The notes under the pieces were generated by a model that was given only the letters and a program-made list of their open reading frames with translations, was not told the origin of the DNA and ran no database searches. Both the position numbers and the translations under genes were made by a program. Shown here one piece after another: positions 63,476-64,000 of a stretch of DNA of 64,000 nucleotides. The DNA is from Octopus bimaculoides. Its lineage: Eukaryota. The DNA is taken from the NCBI RefSeq assembly GCF_001194135.2, contig NC_068981.1, forward strand, positions 180,686,244 through 180,750,243. Direction: 5' to 3'. Numbering within the stretch: the stretch's first letter is position 1; each line of letters starts with the position of its first letter.

Positions 63476-64000
63476 AGTGAGATTAACCAAGGTTAATCTG
63501 GGCCTATGAATTAATGTAAATTCTGTCAATGGATCATTATCAAGATATTTCAAAAAAAAATTTATCTTATTTCACTACATGCAAAATCTAATCCTATTCC
63601 ATCCTATCATCATCATTTAATGTCCATTTTCTATGTCACGTAACTGGTTCATTTAAAAGCACCCGTCAATCGTTGGGCAATATGCTGTGCTTGTAAAGAC
63701 CTGCTGAACCAAGTGAAATCATAGTTGTGACTGATGCCAGTGCCACCTGATTGGCACCCATGCTGGTAGCATGTAAAATGTACCACTCAAGTGTGGCCGA
63801 TGCTAGTGCCACCAGACTGGCTCCCGTGCTGGTGGCACATAAAATGCACCATTTGAGTGTGGTTGATGCCAGTGCCATTTAACTGGCACCCGTACCGGTG
63901 GCATATAAAAAGCACCATTTGAGCGTGGCCAATGCTAGTGCTGCCTGATGGCATGTAAAAGCATCCACTACACTCTCAGAGTGGTTGGCATTAGGAAGGG

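Noticed and set aside
1-64000. CRISPR arrays, prokaryotic operons or defence systems
   Set aside because: The sequence is eukaryotic with spliced genes; no repeat-spacer array is present, and the 24-bp array has no spacers.

Overview
Eukaryotic, AT-rich, intron- and microsatellite-rich draft-assembly DNA with many N gaps. The repeat landscape (tRNA-derived SINEs with internal (TA)n(TG)n, (CAT)n-tailed RTE-derived elements) resembles an octopod cephalopod genome; this is an inference. Two convergent multi-exon genes were reconstructed by hand from splice sites and reading phase. (1) A + strand folylpolyglutamate synthase (FPGS) with 11 visible coding exons from 1835 to the stop at 28997; exon 1 and the SPHL/ERIRING exon are not visible. 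(2) The 3' part of a - strand Crumbs orthologue: 9 exons from 60394 down to the stop at 37951, encoding 9 EGF repeats, a TM helix and the canonical 37-aa tail ending ERLI. The rest is TE debris: SINEs; RTE, CR1/L2, R4/Dong-like, Hero-like and Penelope-like fragments; a Helitron helicase relic; hAT, mariner, pogo-like and TTAA-target MITEs; and several foldback palindromes. Nearly all ORF-track entries are spurious (microsatellites, N runs, SINEs). No clearly novel biological system is demonstrable from this sequence. The best leads are an unexplained 8 x 24-bp array that may be coding, a motif-divergent FPGS, an 8-cysteine EGF module in Crumbs, and intronic hairpins that could be miRNA or ADAR substrates.
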